Notes under the pieces: model-generated | What the model saw: the letters and a program-made list of their open reading frames with translations, nothing else | Database searches by the model: none | Told to the model about the DNA's origin: nothing | NCBI GenBank assembly: GCA_965153355.1 | Contig: OZ231126.1 | Location: 48,050,001-48,114,000, forward strand | DNA from: Flaccisagitta enflata | Taxonomy: Eukaryota | Length of the DNA: 64,000 bases | Reading direction: 5' to 3' | Program-made: the position numbers and the translations under genes | In this document: in pieces, positions 41,918 through 57,469 of the stretch | Layout: each line of letters begins with the position of its first letter | Numbering within the stretch: position 1 is the first letter of the stretch

Positions 41918-42646
41918 TCAAAATTCAGTATCGTTTTTGTCTTTGGAAAACAGCCATTTGTTGTAGTCTTCGTTGCTCCAGCAAGGTTCACCAAAGCGAT
42001 AGACCTCACCGGGGCGTGTACCCCAATCGAGCGTCGTCTCAGGGGTACGTTCCGTTTTGTTACCAGACTTAAACTCGGTTTTCCATTTCTCAAAGGCCTT
42101 CAATGCCTGGAGTCGGTGCATGGATTCGCTTCTTGTTCCGTTGTCCATGGTTTTTTCAAGTTGGTATTCGGTTTCGTTTTTCACCGGCGTTTCCTTTAAG
42201 AAATGAACAGTTAGTGAGCAAAATAGAATATGTTCTTAATGAGTCAATCTTTATATCCTGATTAAAGGAGTATAATTTTATACCGTTATGTTGTATTTTG
42301 TTTTCGGCGCTCCTTGTGGTGTTCCTTTGTTTTTGTTGTCCGTGCGATTTCTATTTGGGTCAGTCTGTGAACAAAATATAAAATTACAATGAGGTACCGC
42401 GCAAAAGTGAATATCTATTTTGTGTAGGGATATAGAATTAAAATGAAATTCACTGCACAGCGTGGTATATACCTGCATGATTGTGATTTTGTCTTCAACA
42501 TGGGTTTGTCCAATCCAAATGAATAGTCCTAGTAATGGTACTAATAAGAACAGGGCAAGTAGGATTTTTTTAGATCTTGCTTGCAAATTGTCATTTGAAT
42601 TAAACATTGGGCAAGTAATATGAATTCTGAAGCTCAAGGAATTCAT
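41918..42646 (-). CDS. Putative type II membrane glycoprotein, 3 exons, 176 aa
   Basis: Exons 42646-42473, 42364-42284 and 42193-41918 (GT-AG, all phase 0). RSKK precedes the hydrophobic ILLALFLLVPLLGLFIWIG; six N-x-T sequons follow. Confidence 0.6.
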
Positions 42647-42697
42647 GATAAATCCATAGGGTTAGTATTAACACCTGTATGAAAAGAGGTTAACCAT

Positions 42698-43228
42698 TTA
42701 ATTTAATTTAAAATGGTTTTTCATTCCTTTCATCATGTATTGCTCATTTGTTTTATCACCGTTATTCAACATCATTTTGCGAAAGGCAAGAAATTTTTTG
42801 ATATTTAAGGAATGCGCTTTGAAAACCATGAAACATGCTAACTGACCACATTTAAATGAGTTTTTGGATTGAAAGGGAAAGGAAAGATCAATGAGTTGTA
42901 AATTGTTTTTTTTACAAAACAATTTGATATTGTCTTTTATTTTTTTGTCAAAATTGACTGTGCTGAGACCATTTAATAGAAATGCTTGATTGGTTTGTTT
43001 ATTGATAAAAATTAAAAACCAATGACCAATTCCTTCTCCTTGTAATTTGGTGTTTGTAATGATACAGTACTTGTTTTTTCTTTTAAACTGTTTTAAATCT
43101 AGTTTTAGTAGTTTGGAATGAGGCATAATCAACCTTCCATTTAAAGTTATTTTTTGACATTTATTGCAATTTGAAATAATGTTTCGAAGGTCTTTTGTTG
43201 AAGTGACGTCAGAATTAACAATGTTCAT
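42698..43228 (-). CDS. Adenain-like cysteine protease, copy B
   Basis: 176 aa with IITNT, IGHWFLI and FQSKNSFKCGQ; Asn (LLNGL) sits where copy A has Asp. Confidence 0.85.
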   Translation of the reverse strand: MNIVNSDVTSTKDLRNIISNCNKCQKITLNGRLIMPHSKLLKLDLKQFKRKNKYCIITNTKLQGEGIGHWFLIFINKQTNQAFLLNGLSTVNFDKKIKDNIKLFCKKNNLQLIDLSFPFQSKNSFKCGQLACFMVFKAHSLNIKKFLAFRKMMLNNGDKTNEQYMMKGMKNHFKLN

Positions 43229-43275
43229 TGTTATTGCTGATGCTGTTTCTGCTGCTGTTGCTGTTGCTGTTGCTG

Positions 43276-45562
43276 TTACTGGTCGATGTCAAATGATTTC
43301 CACACTTTTCCTTCTCTGTCAATAGCAACTGCTCCAGGTTGACGATACAAAACGGTGACCCTGATAAACAGTAGTTGTTATTTATCGTGCACTAATTTAT
43401 GAATAGGTGTGTGTATTATAAGAATATCATTTTGTCTACTGACCGTTCAATACCTCACTATGTACGTCGTTGTTTTTTTGAAACGAAGGAAAAGAGAAGC
43501 TTTTCCTCTGTTTCCGGTAATTGTTGGCTTGTGCAGGATTTTATCTGCAGCTAATCCAGTAAAATTGGTGGATGAGCTGTTTGCTGACACCCGAAACGGT
43601 AGGAAAAAAAAACTGGACTGCCAAATTTTCAGGGGAAGAGGGCTTCCCTGCTCAGAGAGAAAACCACAGTGCTCCAAAACTTGAAAGTAGCTGGCGCGAG
43701 TGTGTTTATCATCTTCCAATGAATATCCAATACTCTCACCAATGGATCCAACTGGCAAGGAAGGTACCCTTTAAATAGAATATAAAAGGGAAGTTATGTA
43801 AAAGAAATAAAGAAAAAACAATGTTAATGAAATATAATTTTATACATACTTACTTGACATTAAGTCCAGTTGTAAGAAAAGCTTGCTTGAGATCATGTGG
43901 TTCAAGCTTGAGCAAACATTCCGTAAATGAACCAGTGATGTTCAAATTCTTATGAAAAAAAACATAAGCTTCCGTCCAAGGGTCTTTGGTTGAAATGTCC
44001 AAATTGGCCTCCAAATGACCCTATAATGTGGATAATTATATAGGTTTGTTTACTGACTGTAATAAAAAAGCATTACAATACATATGAATCTGTGCACTGA
44101 CTGACCGATTCAACTGAGAAGGTCTTTACGGTCGAACGAAGGAATTGAAATTGTAAAGAACCACTTGAACCGTTCAACTTCTGATGTATTTGGAGGAGAC
44201 ATTGTGGTTCAAGCAAACATGCCAGGATGTGCAAGGTTGCTGATTTCACCACCAATTTTGGTATACAGCCAGCGACTGCTGTGCAAAACAACCTCTCGTC
44301 TTCAATGATTTGTATTTTGATACCAATATCAACGTTGCTGTTACAAATTCAGAGAAAAAAACCCAATTATAATAAGGAACTGTTAAAAATTATTCATGTA
44401 CTATTCTGTTATCTAACTGTAATTTAAAAAAAAGAGAGATACCTGGGAATGAGCGAGGGGAAGGAATTCAAAGCACAATGCAATGAAATGAACTTGTTGT
44501 GAACTTTTTTGGCAAGAAGGGACTGTGCAATCTCCCCTTGGGTGTTGTTTGGTTTCACAGTGCCATCAGTTTTGTAGCATGTAGAAATATCTTTTGACAA
44601 ATCTTGAAAGTCATCCAAATATCCTTCGAACTCACGAAGGAAGCTAAAATGGTTAAATGAATAAAAATGATAAAACAATAAAATGATAAAATGATAAAAT
44701 GAAAAAATGATAAAATGATAGAATGAAGCAAAACAAGACCTTTCTTTGGCTGCTTTTGAGAATTTGAGATAGTTGAGTTTCTGAATGAAAGGATAGTATG
44801 TTTCTGTCCTTTCAACTGATGCTTCTCCAATATTGACACTGCATGAGGAGATCACACTTTGAGCGAGTACGTTGTTAGCTGTAATGAGATAATAATGGAT
44901 AAGTAATGAAATAGAAGAGAAAAGCAGTGTTTCTACTAAAAACTCAAATTTCTAACTACCTGTGACGTAATGGGTTTGTTCAATTGGATTGCCATTCGAT
45001 AGTTGTGCGTAAAACTCCAGTTCTGTGCAAGATCATGAAATATTGTAGGGATTTTATTGTAAGTTGGGAAAAGAACTATTTGATGATAACTAATTATTTA
45101 CGTATTTAACTGTACCTAGGAATATACGACGACAGTCGACAAAAGCATTTTCATCGCGAAAATAGAAAGACATGGTTTTGGTCTCTCTCATGACGTCATC
45201 TCTTTGCAATGGTTTCAAACTAAGATATTTCAGGAGTGTATATAGTTCATAACTTAAGATGTATCTTTTTTTTTAATTTTGATATTTTTTGGTCATGGTT
45301 AACAAAAATGTGTATTATAAGAATATCATTTTGTCTACTGACTGTTTAATACTTTACTATTGTTTGTCAAAGTTCAAATATTGTTCAATTGTGTTTTATT
45401 ATTTGGTATTTATGGGGGTATAGAACTATATACATGCCTGAGATATTTAGAGTATTGTATTCCAGAAGATATGAGTAGCTCATTGTCACTGAGAAGCGAA
45501 GTTACACCAATATCAACGGTGTTTTTTGGGGGGTGAAAGGTGGGTGGGGTTGCGTTGTCCAT
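43276..45562 (-). CDS. Major capsid protein (double jelly-roll), copy B, 9 exons, 476 aa
   Basis: Exons 45562-45438, 45219-45116, 45022-44960, 44878-44740, 44643-44443, 44337-44106, 44020-43854, 43768-43454 and 43360-43276 total 1431 nt, with all phases compatible and no stops. Motifs NNVLAQS..SVNIG..YYPF..AKES, LIPSNVDI and VKTFSV resemble Polinton PY. Confidence 0.85.
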
Positions 45563-45586
45563 TGTTTTTTTTAATTGCTCTGTATT

Positions 45587-45883
45587 TTAAATGAAGCTGT
45601 CTTTGTCAATAGATGGTCGGGTTTTGATAGCTTTTTTTACAATTGCTTTTTTAGTTGCTTTTACTGTCGTTGGTTTTGGTTTTGGTTTTGGTTTTGGTTT
45701 TTGTTTCGATTTTGTTTCTGATGGTTTGTTTTCTATTTTCCTTTTTTTTGTTGTCTGAGTATCTGAAGCTTCTAAACTTCGTTTTCTTTTTCCACTGTTG
45801 TTGTTTTGTTTACTGCTGTCAACTTCGAAGGTGTAATGAATGTCACGTGTATGTGTTGAAAACGTTGGTGTGTACCAAGACAT
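45587..45883 (-). CDS. Small basic protein (putative core protein), copy B
   Basis: 98 aa, K/P-rich, with KRKR and KKRK NLS-like clusters; ends IDKDSFI*. Confidence 0.6.
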   Translation of the reverse strand: MSWYTPTFSTHTRDIHYTFEVDSSKQNNNSGKRKRSLEASDTQTTKKRKIENKPSETKSKQKPKPKPKPKPTTVKATKKAIVKKAIKTRPSIDKDSFI

Positions 45884-46108
45884 CTGCTAAGGCAATAATA
45901 CAAAATAAAAACATCAATAAATGGGTTTAAACAATAGAAAAACATGATTCTATCGGGTGGGAGAACGGCGGAAAAGGGGTAAGGGGGAGGGGTGTGCAGG
46001 GTTTAACAAAAAAAAAGAAATCACAATTTAATAAGGTGGCAGAGGGGGGAGGGGTGAGGGGAAGGGGTCTGTAGGGTTTGGGATTCAAAAATAAGAAAAA
46101 AAAGTTTT

Positions 46109-47692
46109 TTATTGGTTCGTAGAGGTTGGCCTGATATTCAGTCCGATTCTTATGTGACATTTTGGAGCAAACAGGACAGGCTTCATTTCTTCATCAACAA
46201 TGTGAAACTGAATGCGTGTAAGTAATCTGGTATTAAGCCTGTGATAGCAAAGGTTGTCATCTTGCTTGCAAATGAATTGATTACTTATTGATGCGTCATC
46301 AATCGGAGTGGAGTAAATGATGTTACAGGTTTCAAAAGGTGTGTTTTTCAGCCAAAAGTTACAAGTGGGCGAAAGAATGATGTTACTGAGCAAATGAAAC
46401 ATTTTTGGTGATGGACGTACAGGGAAAAATGTAGTTTGTCCTTCATTGGTAATCGTGTTTGTCAGGTTGTTTTGGGGTGATAGTAAGGCTTGGTTACTGT
46501 AAATGGGTCCAATTGTTAATGATGAGTCTGAACCCAAAACATGAGATAGTTTGGGAGGAAAAATGATTTTGATTGAACTTCCGTTATCAATCAGATACAA
46601 CGAAGTTTCAAAGTCAACTTTCAATTTTCCCGTTGTTTCATTGAGTGACATTGTGAGCAGATGGTCGTTGATTGGTGGGTTTCTGTTCCTTTTGTCTATT
46701 TTCTTCGTAAGCAATTGCAGTGTATCATGGAGTTTCATTGCTTGGAAGATAAGGGCTTTGTTTGCTGCAATAAGACCATTCAGAGAATCTATGGTGCCTG
46801 TTGTAAGTGGACTGTTTTGGTTGTTTGGATCACTGTGTTTTATTACATTCAAAAGTGTCAAATAATTCTCATAGTCTGTTTCTATTGCTTGTTTGGGACC
46901 ATCCTGTTGGTTGCTGACTTCGTCCAGGTCTTTACCATAGAAGAGAGCTAAATCAATGACATGGTCGTGTCTTCCTCTAGTTGCTGGACGTTCGTTATGT
47001 GGTCTCAATGCCTTAGATTTTAGTAATAGGCTTTCTTCCTTTCTAAGGGTGTAGTTGTCGCAGTCTTTGCTGTATGTGATGTGATCATCCAATTGATAGC
47101 CTGTCTTCCCTAGTTTTTTGTTCAGGAATTCATACAGGACATTTCTCGTGAAAATGCTGATATTTATGTAGCGGTTAAGAAGTTTGATATCATCTCTTGT
47201 CAAAAAATGGGTGTCTTCTGGAGAAAAGACGTTGTCGTCGAGTACAATCTGCAACATTGATCTTAGTACGAAATGGATGTACGGTATCAATGTTTCACGG
47301 TTCAAGAATGTAAGTAACGTGTCTGACTCCGAGGTTATGAGATCTTTCAAAGGTAAACGATGGAATTGTTTATTCAGCTTGTTTTCAGTGTAGAAGGCTG
47401 AATAGAATCGGTTGCCTCCTGCGAGCGCAGATGGAATGTTGACCTGTACTTTGATTTCTTCATCTTTAGTCACAGTTAACGGTAAGTTGGTTAGTGATAA
47501 GTGTGAGATAGCAATTTCTGCATTTGTTGATTTCATGTAAAGTAAGGGAGACAGATCAATCGTTCTATCAAGTACTAGTTCAAATGAACCGGCTGAGCTG
47601 ATGTTTGGATTTGACAAGTTGTTTTCATTATCAGAGTTAGATAAAAACAGTTGATATGATTCAGTTTCCATTGAAAGATGTGAAAAAGCCAT
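46109..47692 (-). CDS. Minor capsid protein (penton/PX-like), copy B, intronless, 527 aa
   Basis: N-terminal YQLFLSN..FELVLDRTIDL..EIAISHL and C-terminal YHRL..IQFHIVDE..PVLF..IGLNIRP are typical of Polinton single-jelly-roll pentons, with a large central insertion. Starts 8 nt after the integrase stop. Confidence 0.8.
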   Translation of the reverse strand: MAFSHLSMETESYQLFLSNSDNENNLSNPNISSAGSFELVLDRTIDLSPLLYMKSTNAEIAISHLSLTNLPLTVTKDEEIKVQVNIPSALAGGNRFYSAFYTENKLNKQFHRLPLKDLITSESDTLLTFLNRETLIPYIHFVLRSMLQIVLDDNVFSPEDTHFLTRDDIKLLNRYINISIFTRNVLYEFLNKKLGKTGYQLDDHITYSKDCDNYTLRKEESLLLKSKALRPHNERPATRGRHDHVIDLALFYGKDLDEVSNQQDGPKQAIETDYENYLTLLNVIKHSDPNNQNSPLTTGTIDSLNGLIAANKALIFQAMKLHDTLQLLTKKIDKRNRNPPINDHLLTMSLNETTGKLKVDFETSLYLIDNGSSIKIIFPPKLSHVLGSDSSLTIGPIYSNQALLSPQNNLTNTITNEGQTTFFPVRPSPKMFHLLSNIILSPTCNFWLKNTPFETCNIIYSTPIDDASISNQFICKQDDNLCYHRLNTRLLTRIQFHIVDEEMKPVLFAPKCHIRIGLNIRPTSTNQ

Positions 47693-47700
47693 GATAGTCT

Positions 47701-49614
47701 TTAAAACATAAGATGTTTGTTAGCTGGTTCATGAAAGATTTTTGCAAACACGAGGATGTTTTTTCCGAATATTTTTCGATAGAGTTGAAGGGTTTCCTTT
47801 GTTACTTTCTCAATCTGATCCGCTCTTTTGATAGTGTAATAAAGAGTTGATTTATTGGAAAGTTTCTTTCTTGATCTCAAGGATTCTTGGGTGTCGTAAA
47901 CAAAATCTTGAACTATAATTTTGTCACTGGGGTTAATTTCTCTCTCAAACTTCATTCGTTGTAATTGTTTGTGGTAGGGCGTGACACGTTTCAAGTCAGT
48001 GTAATAGTACTTTCTCGATTGGGTGGGGTCAGATGAAATGATGTACGAATATGGTAGCATTGTCTTGTCGACCTTGACAATTGTGGCGACATCTTGATGA
48101 AACTGTGGATCAAATGAAGAAGCTGCTTTCTGAAATGTCGTTTTTCGTTTTCTCAGCAAAACTTTTTCTCCTTCATGAAAAATGAGTTTAGGACGTATCG
48201 AAAATATGTTGCGGAGTTGTCTTTGTTTGTTTTCATGTTGACTTAGTTGATCTCTAGCTACTTTTGCACTAGCTTCTGAGTCAAAATGTGTTTGGAAAGG
48301 GGTGAATTTTGTTTGTTTTCCCAAAGAGGAGTGTTTTCGATTATTGAAGATTGAAGCAACCAGATGCAACAAGCTTGAATGTCGCAAATGCAAAAAATGG
48401 TGTGCGAGTTTAAAGAAAATGACCTTTAAACTCCTGATTGTTCTCTCGATTACTAGTGATGCAGTCAGTGTACAAAACAGTGTTTGTTACTAATGAATTA
48501 TTACAAATATTTTGATCAGTTGTAAAAAAAAAATAGCGGGCTGAAGATTCTTAATTGTCAAGTTAAAAAATTTGATACTCATTAAATATGTTACCACTGT
48601 TTTGTCTACTGACTTGACACTTTTGGGAAGAGTCCAGTTTTGACAAACCAAAATTTAATTCCAAGATCTTCAGAGAGATGTTTTTTGAACGATTTCTTGA
48701 ATTCAGAGCTGAAAATATAAAAAAATATAATAAATGGTTAGTTTATATTTTGAACTATTTTGTTTACAGACTGTTTGGTTTTGCTTAATTCTATTTGTTG
48801 GAGGGTTGGTCGGTATGTTATTCGGTACGTCTGTACGTCAGTAATTAGTTGATTGACGATCATGTTGCAGAATATTGGTTCATTTGGTCTTGTTCTCCTT
48901 ACCCTCTATCGCTCAAGAATTTAAGGTAACGATCTTGTCCTGTCGCTCCAAAAAATGGCATAGCATCTTTGAATGCTTTGAGACATTCAGCTGAACTTGG
49001 GCGTGACAAGGGAGTGAGGTGCACTAAACGAGAGAACAAATCTTGAAAGACTACGATGGAGATTTTTTCACCGCTTAAACGTTGCAATGATCGTGGAAGA
49101 AATAAAATATCGGCTAAGAGAATATTTTTAGGTGCGTAACATTTGAATGAACGTTGCTGAATAGTCCTCGCTCTATTATAAAACAGGGGTGTATATAATT
49201 GACTGTTTTTTGGTTATATTTTTTTACTTGTTTGGTATTATCAAATATGCTGAATGATAAAAAAATTTTTTGTTCTTCTCATAAATTTTTTTTATATCTG
49301 AACTTTTTTATTCGTCTTTTCTACTTTTTACTGGGGGGGGGAGATACTGGAGGGGGGGGGAGTCAATTTTATACATCCCTGTTTCGAAGCGTTCTTTGAT
49401 GAAATGATCTAGAAATTTCTTCAATTGAGTTTTTATAGTTCAATATCTCAGCTTTAGAGACCGCGTACAGTTCTGAGTCTTTTTTTGCTTTCTCATAGAT
49501 GTTATTTACATTGTCCTCAAGGAACAGGGGGTTGTTGATTGATTTATATTTCCTGTACAGATCTTCAATGACGTGGTTCCTGTTGTCGTCACCTTCAAAA
49601 ACGATCCGATTCAT
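47701..49614 (-). CDS. Retroviral-type (rve) DDE integrase, copy B, 4 exons, ~446 aa
   Basis: Exons 49614-49375, 49156-48903, 48708-48614 and 48452-47701 give LLAD..QDLFSR..LSDRGSEF..KVSIIERTIRSLK..FNNRKHSSLG..TP. Intron 1 boundaries are ambiguous. Confidence 0.9.
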
Positions 49615-49674
49615 TCTTAGGAAAAGAGAAACAGTGAAAATATGGAATTAAGGCATAATTCTGCCTACATACGA

Positions 49675-51231
<1,557 letters not shown>

Positions 51232-51492
51232 AGTAACTGTTTAAAAGATAACGAAAAGTGTAAGCAAGCTGAATACTCATGTCTTATTTGTTTTGTTGAC
51301 GTGATTGACTGGTTCCATGATTTTCAATATTATAGATATTAAACGACACTTTTTTATATGAGTTTTGATAATGAGAAGACATTGATTTTTTAATGAAAGG
51401 AACAACATTTGCAATCAAACACATGAAAACACATGAAACACATCAAATACATGAAAATGGGAAAAAAACATGGTTTCGGTAAAATAGTTACG

Positions 51493-52900
<1,408 letters not shown>

Positions 52901-53559
52901 CAAATCCTGGGTATTACGATAATAAGTTAATACAGGATGTACAAGGCCGGATACACGGTTATCTCAGTTGCATTAAGGTTATAAAGGTTGTGACATTTTG
53001 GTAGGAGCAATAGAAACAAGGCCGGATACACGGCAGGACAGTCGTGGACGGTTGGGCAAGAGTAGTAATGCAAAAACCGTTCGCAGAAATGTGACGGACG
53101 GACCGACGGACCGACCGACACGGCAAGGTGTAGAATCGCGTGTCCGCGACTAAAAACAGTGCTTTGTCTCAACTATTCACTTTGTCATTTTGTCGGAATT
53201 GGTTTTTATCATTGCAATGCTTACCAACACAGTTGTGCTGAAAGTTCTTTGAGATGAAAATCGGCGGTTTTGAAGAGGACTCGCGCACAACAGCAGAGCC
53301 TCTTTGGTGCTTCTTGATTATTCGACTCGGCACACGATCGAGATCAGGGGTCTGCATGGTTTAAATAAAAATTTCAAAATAAGGTTGTGACTAAAAAATT
53401 ATGAATAGACATAATGAATGAACATATGAATAAAACAAATGAATGAATGAATGAATGAATGAATGAATGAATGAATGAATGAATGAATGAATGAACGATT
53501 GAGTGATTGAGTGAATGAATGAGTTTATGTATGTCGAGCAAATTGAGTATACGTGATAT

Positions 53560-54767
53560 CATACCGGATGATCGTATTTGTTGATTGTCAAAGCTGCTTG
53601 GTTGTAACCGTCGGACTTGTGACGATTCCACGTTGTGGGCCACATGTTTGTAGCGTGGGCTGGCAAACCGGCAATGTCTTTCCTGTTGGAGGTAAGTGGA
53701 GTAAGATTAAACTTTACCTAGTTCTAATTTGGTGTGGAAGTATTACACCTTAAAAAATAGAAAGTATTGATTGCAATTGTATAAATACTGTCAATCAATC
53801 ATGTCAACATAACAAACTGATATAATTGAGATTTGTAGAATAGATAGCAGGCTTAGAATAAAGAGTATTTAGTGAAAAAAATTTAGATATAATAATAAGA
53901 TGAGAGTAAAAGATAAGGGATGTAACAAGTTCAAAAATGAACATTGTATTAATCAGACTATGGTTTTTCTATATGGAATGAATCTAATTACTAAAAAACG
54001 GAATAAAGTGGTTTTGAGAAGAATCAAGACAAGGTTCGACAATATGCAAATTAGTTGGTAAGACAGATAATATAGATAAGCTTACTTACGTGTTATCCAT
54101 CTTGTCCGTGTACGGATGGAGCTTTGGAGAACCTTCGTCTTCTTCCTCATCTGTTGCGATCGATGATAAATTACTGATGAATTTTTGGTTTTTTACTTTG
54201 TAAATATCCTTCATGGACCGTCTCAATCTTGATTCTCTTTCTGTCATCGCACCTGATGGTATATTATAGATGACAGATGGACCTGGCTTCGGCTTCTTCA
54301 TTGACTCATCGGGATGTTTCAAGCCGCGTTTTAGTCTTATTTCCCTCTTGGACTTCTTTGACATGACGAGAGACAATTCATGAGTGGTTAACGAATTCGG
54401 TGTCTTGTGGGCACGATCGGTAGGATGATATCTTTCACCAGTGTCGTCATTAAAGGCGGTTCCGCGATTCCATAGAAGTTCACGCAAGTCCTTGGGTTGT
54501 GGACCTGGCATCTCGGCATGGATTTCTTCCTGAATCCTGTTGAAAAATAGAGATGTTGAAAAAAAAAATGAAATACAGTAGTGCTGATAACAACAAATAA
54601 GGTCAAATAGGTCAATAAGGTGCGACGTGTGGATCGTCAAAAGAATGCGTAACCAACCGACCAACGGACACAGCCAGTTATGAGGTGCTTTGACGCACCT
54701 AAAAAAAACAACAACAGCAACAACAAAAGACAACAATAACAACAATAACAATAACAACAGTAACAAT

Positions 54768-54859
<92 letters not shown>

Positions 54860-55513
54860 CCTTTCCATGTCGATTCCGAGGCGTATTTGATCTGGTGGAT
54901 CCCAATCGTTGTAGGGTTTCGCTTCATCTTCGTCGAATACTGCGCTGTTGTTGAGAATTGTCGAGGTGGGACAAGAGACCTCATGCAAGAGTCGGAATGG
55001 AATCAGGTGTAACCCACGTTCCGGGCGCTCCTCCAGGCGTGATTTAAGAAGGTCTTCATACCGGGGGTCCGACCACCATCTATAACCTGAGTGTAATGCC
55101 GGGTTATAATACGATTGATTATTTCATAGCAAGAAATATTTAGGGTTGGTTTAGGCGATAAAATACATATAGAACAAGTACATTTGAATTGTTTGTTTGC
55201 ATCTTAATCAAACTACACTATATAGCTATGTTTTGTCCTTACGTCTATCAAAAAATTTGAATCCTCGAACAGTCCTTTTGGTCTTCACTCGTCTCAATGG
55301 ATCGTCCGCGTCACGTTCAAACGTCTTTGTTCGAATTTGACGTCTTTTCCACTTTGCAAACTGGAACAGCTGGTCGGGATTTGCGAGAGGGGGACCTTTC
55401 GGGCGCTTCTCATGTTCATTCAGCTGCCGTTGGAATTCTTCGCTGTGATGTAAGAAAGGATGATGGTGGCTCACAGCGTCCTCATAGGCTGCTTTAGCCG
55501 TTGACATTTCCAA
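53560..55513 (-). CDS. Multi-exon unknown gene at the distal end of copy B
   Basis: Complex coding-like blocks at ~55513-55226, ~55085-54860, ~54536-54089 and ~53684-53560 are separated by microsatellite or repeat-filled GT-AG introns. Membership of the element is uncertain. Confidence 0.45.
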
Positions 55514-55529
55514 AGCAGCGTCTTCCTGT

Positions 55530-55740
<211 letters not shown>

Positions 55741-55957
55741 ATGTTTAACAGTGCTACAAAAAAAAAGGCAGGATGAAGGAGGGAAGGGGGGGGGGGGTAG
55801 GAGGGCACAACTTTATAAGNNNNNNNNNNGGCAAATTGGTTTTCGGCTATCGAAACCTTCCGCATTGATGGAATTATTTTCAATCGCGCGCAAAGACGTC
55901 AACAGAAAAGTCGGCAAAATTACGAAGGATGGAAAAAGAAGAACTGATTTAAGTGGA

Positions 55958-56238
<281 letters not shown>

Positions 56239-57469
56239 TATCGCTAAAACGGGTGAGTAGTAGACGGCGTAGTGTTTGCGTCCATGCCATTTATCTGTCT
56301 GTCTGTCTGTCTGTCTGTCTGTAGACAAATTGTTGGTCTAAAGGATGAAAGGTAATTTTAAACAGTTTCAAGGGATGTGCATGAAATAGGACTTTTTGAC
56401 ATTTTTTGAGGGGAGAGGCGATTAGTTAATGTCAAAGCTTTAGATTCTGCAATTCTGGGCTCTAATTCGGAGGGAGCCTTTCCTAAAATCTGTTTATAAT
56501 CTATAATTTGTCTTATTTATTTGTTTATACTCTAATGATATTTCTTGTAAATCCTACCGCTTTCTCCGATATTGGAACACGCACCGTTTCCTTTTGATCT
56601 GACAACCTTGTCTTTTTTTTCATAACAGGAGGGAGAGGGGTTTTCCTTTGAGAAAGAAAAGTATTTAAACTTCCTTTGCGATGTATTGATTACTCACTTT
56701 TTCTCACTTGTTGGTCGTTGCCAAGCAATATTTCTAAGGGCGACAGCCTTCCGAGGAAAAAAAATCGCACGTAGAAAGGAAATCAATCGACCTACTTTAA
56801 CACACTTACCTCGCTCCCCCGCCCCCCCCCCCCACTTAAAACAATTTTCCCTCGGTTCTGACGGCTATCCAAATCTTCCCCTTAGTTTTTCGATTATAAC
56901 ACGCCCACTTTCTTACGCAAATCTATTTTTTAAAGCGTGCACGCTTCACGGTTTGTCCGTCCGTCCGTCTGCAATCTTATGGTATCAGGGACATTAACAA
57001 AGGATGGGAAAGCGGCCAGTTTTCATAACAACTGCTTCGCTGCCATCCTATGTAAGTTGAAACAACATCGCCCTTACAAAAGGAGGCCAGAATTCTCCAA
57101 TTTACAAAGGATGAAAGCCTTGCAAGCTTTCAACGGTGTTTACTCCGGATTGCTCACAACCATCCTTTATTAAAGACAAAAAAAAAAACTTACCTGAGAA
57201 AACTATGACCTTGACTGCATACCTCATTAGCATAGGGTCGGACAGTCCTATACCAAAAAGTATACACAAAATATCTAACAAAAGTAGTAATAAAAAATAT
57301 GCTGGTGGAAGTACTGACACTAGCAATATTGATTAGAAAACCATACCCTTATAGGCTTAATCATCTAAAAATGTGATTACCAGTGTCAATTGTGCACAGT
57401 CCAGCTCTTTCTTCATGTCTAACCCGCCCCCCCCCGTAAGCATAGAATACGTGACCAGGAGCTAGATGC

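Noticed and set aside
47701-49614. Integrase as part of an LTR retrotransposon or Ginger element
   Set aside because: There are no adjacent RT, RNase H, gag or LTRs, and it is embedded among capsid and protease genes in both copies.
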